A stretch of DNA of 17,145 nucleotides from Fidelibacterota bacterium (lineage in GTDB: Bacteria; Fidelibacterota; Marinisomatia; Marinisomatales; JABMOV01): the NCBI GenBank assembly GCA_046861395.1, contig JBHHUC010000045.1:1-17145 (forward strand), written 5' to 3'. Under the pieces are notes generated by a model that did no database searches, was not told where the DNA came from, and saw only the letters and a program-made list of their open reading frames with translations. Position numbers and translations under genes: made by a program. This document shows positions 16,902 through 17,145 of the stretch, one piece after another (position 1 is the first letter of the stretch; each line of letters starts with the position of its first letter).

Positions 16902-16932
16902 CAAAACTAATAATTAATTTAATAATGGTCAA
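16902..16932 (-). promoter_or_regulatory. Putative promoter for the structured leader and sugar transferase
   Basis: TTGACC (16932-16927), 17 nt all-A/T spacer, TAGTTTTG (16909-16902). Confidence 0.6.
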
Positions 16933-17144
16933 GACTTCAATACACATGTGCAGAGAACTTTATCCAGCTTTCTTGTAAGTTGTCTTCGTGTCAGGTTTTG
17001 AAATACATAGTTAAATCCATTTTGAGCTTTTCTCTGCCTGACGCCTTGATCTATAATTGATTGAAATGCATTGATACCACTTTGAATATCGCCCGGGGGG
17101 CTCACGACTCCTCCGTCCACCTGTCGCACCAGGTTGGCCGAATC
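16929..17144 (-). CDS. Glycosyltransferase (GT4 / GT-B-like) C-terminal fragment; 5' part lies outside the window
   Basis: Open from the window edge: DSANLVRQVDGGVVSPPGDIQS...AQNGFNYVFQNLTRRQLTRKLDKVL. Resembles the G-x-V-x-P-x-D and terminal helix pattern of GT4 enzymes and sits next to a priming sugar transferase. Confidence 0.7.
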   Translation of the reverse strand, partial: DSANLVRQVDGGVVSPPGDIQSGINAFQSIIDQGVRQRKAQNGFNYVFQNLTRRQLTRKLDKVLCTCVLKS

Positions 17145-17145
17145 G

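Noticed and set aside
1..17145. CRISPR array, tRNA/rRNA, transposase, prophage, defence system or stop-codon recoding
   Set aside because: No regularly spaced repeats or RNA-gene signatures seen. The largest intergenic gap is 276 nt, nearly all ORFs are housekeeping genes, and TGA/TAG/TAA all fall at expected protein ends.

Overview
Bacterial core-genome window, standard genetic code, with no mobile element, CRISPR array, tRNA or rRNA seen. Gene content (DUF2851, bS22-type peptide, nuo cluster without EFG) suggests an FCB-group organism such as Marinisomatota; this is inference only. Layout: (1) minus-strand complex I operon start nuoA-B-C-D-H-I (nuoI cut by the window edge), with nuoD joined directly to nuoH and no nuoEFG; (2) a divergent plus-strand pair, monofunctional proline dehydrogenase and a CoA-binding protein; (3) a long minus-strand run: glycosyltransferase 3' end, polyprenyl sugar-phosphotransferase, serS, plsC-like acyltransferase, DUF2851, rfaE2, LysM lytic transglycosylase, sppA, HU/IHF, bS22-like peptide, secreted S1/P1-type Zn hydrolase, xseA, xseB, nadK. 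Items absent from the ORF track that I read directly: partial nuoI; a 31-aa bS22-like small ribosomal protein gene (8757-8852); a long hairpin (16812-16874) enclosing a strong Shine-Dalgarno and the start of an 11-aa micro-ORF upstream of the sugar transferase; and a recurring promoter-like motif TTGAnn-N17/18-TAnnTTY(G) in four intergenic regions. I cannot claim a clearly new multi-gene system. The structured leader/uORF is the best candidate for something undescribed.
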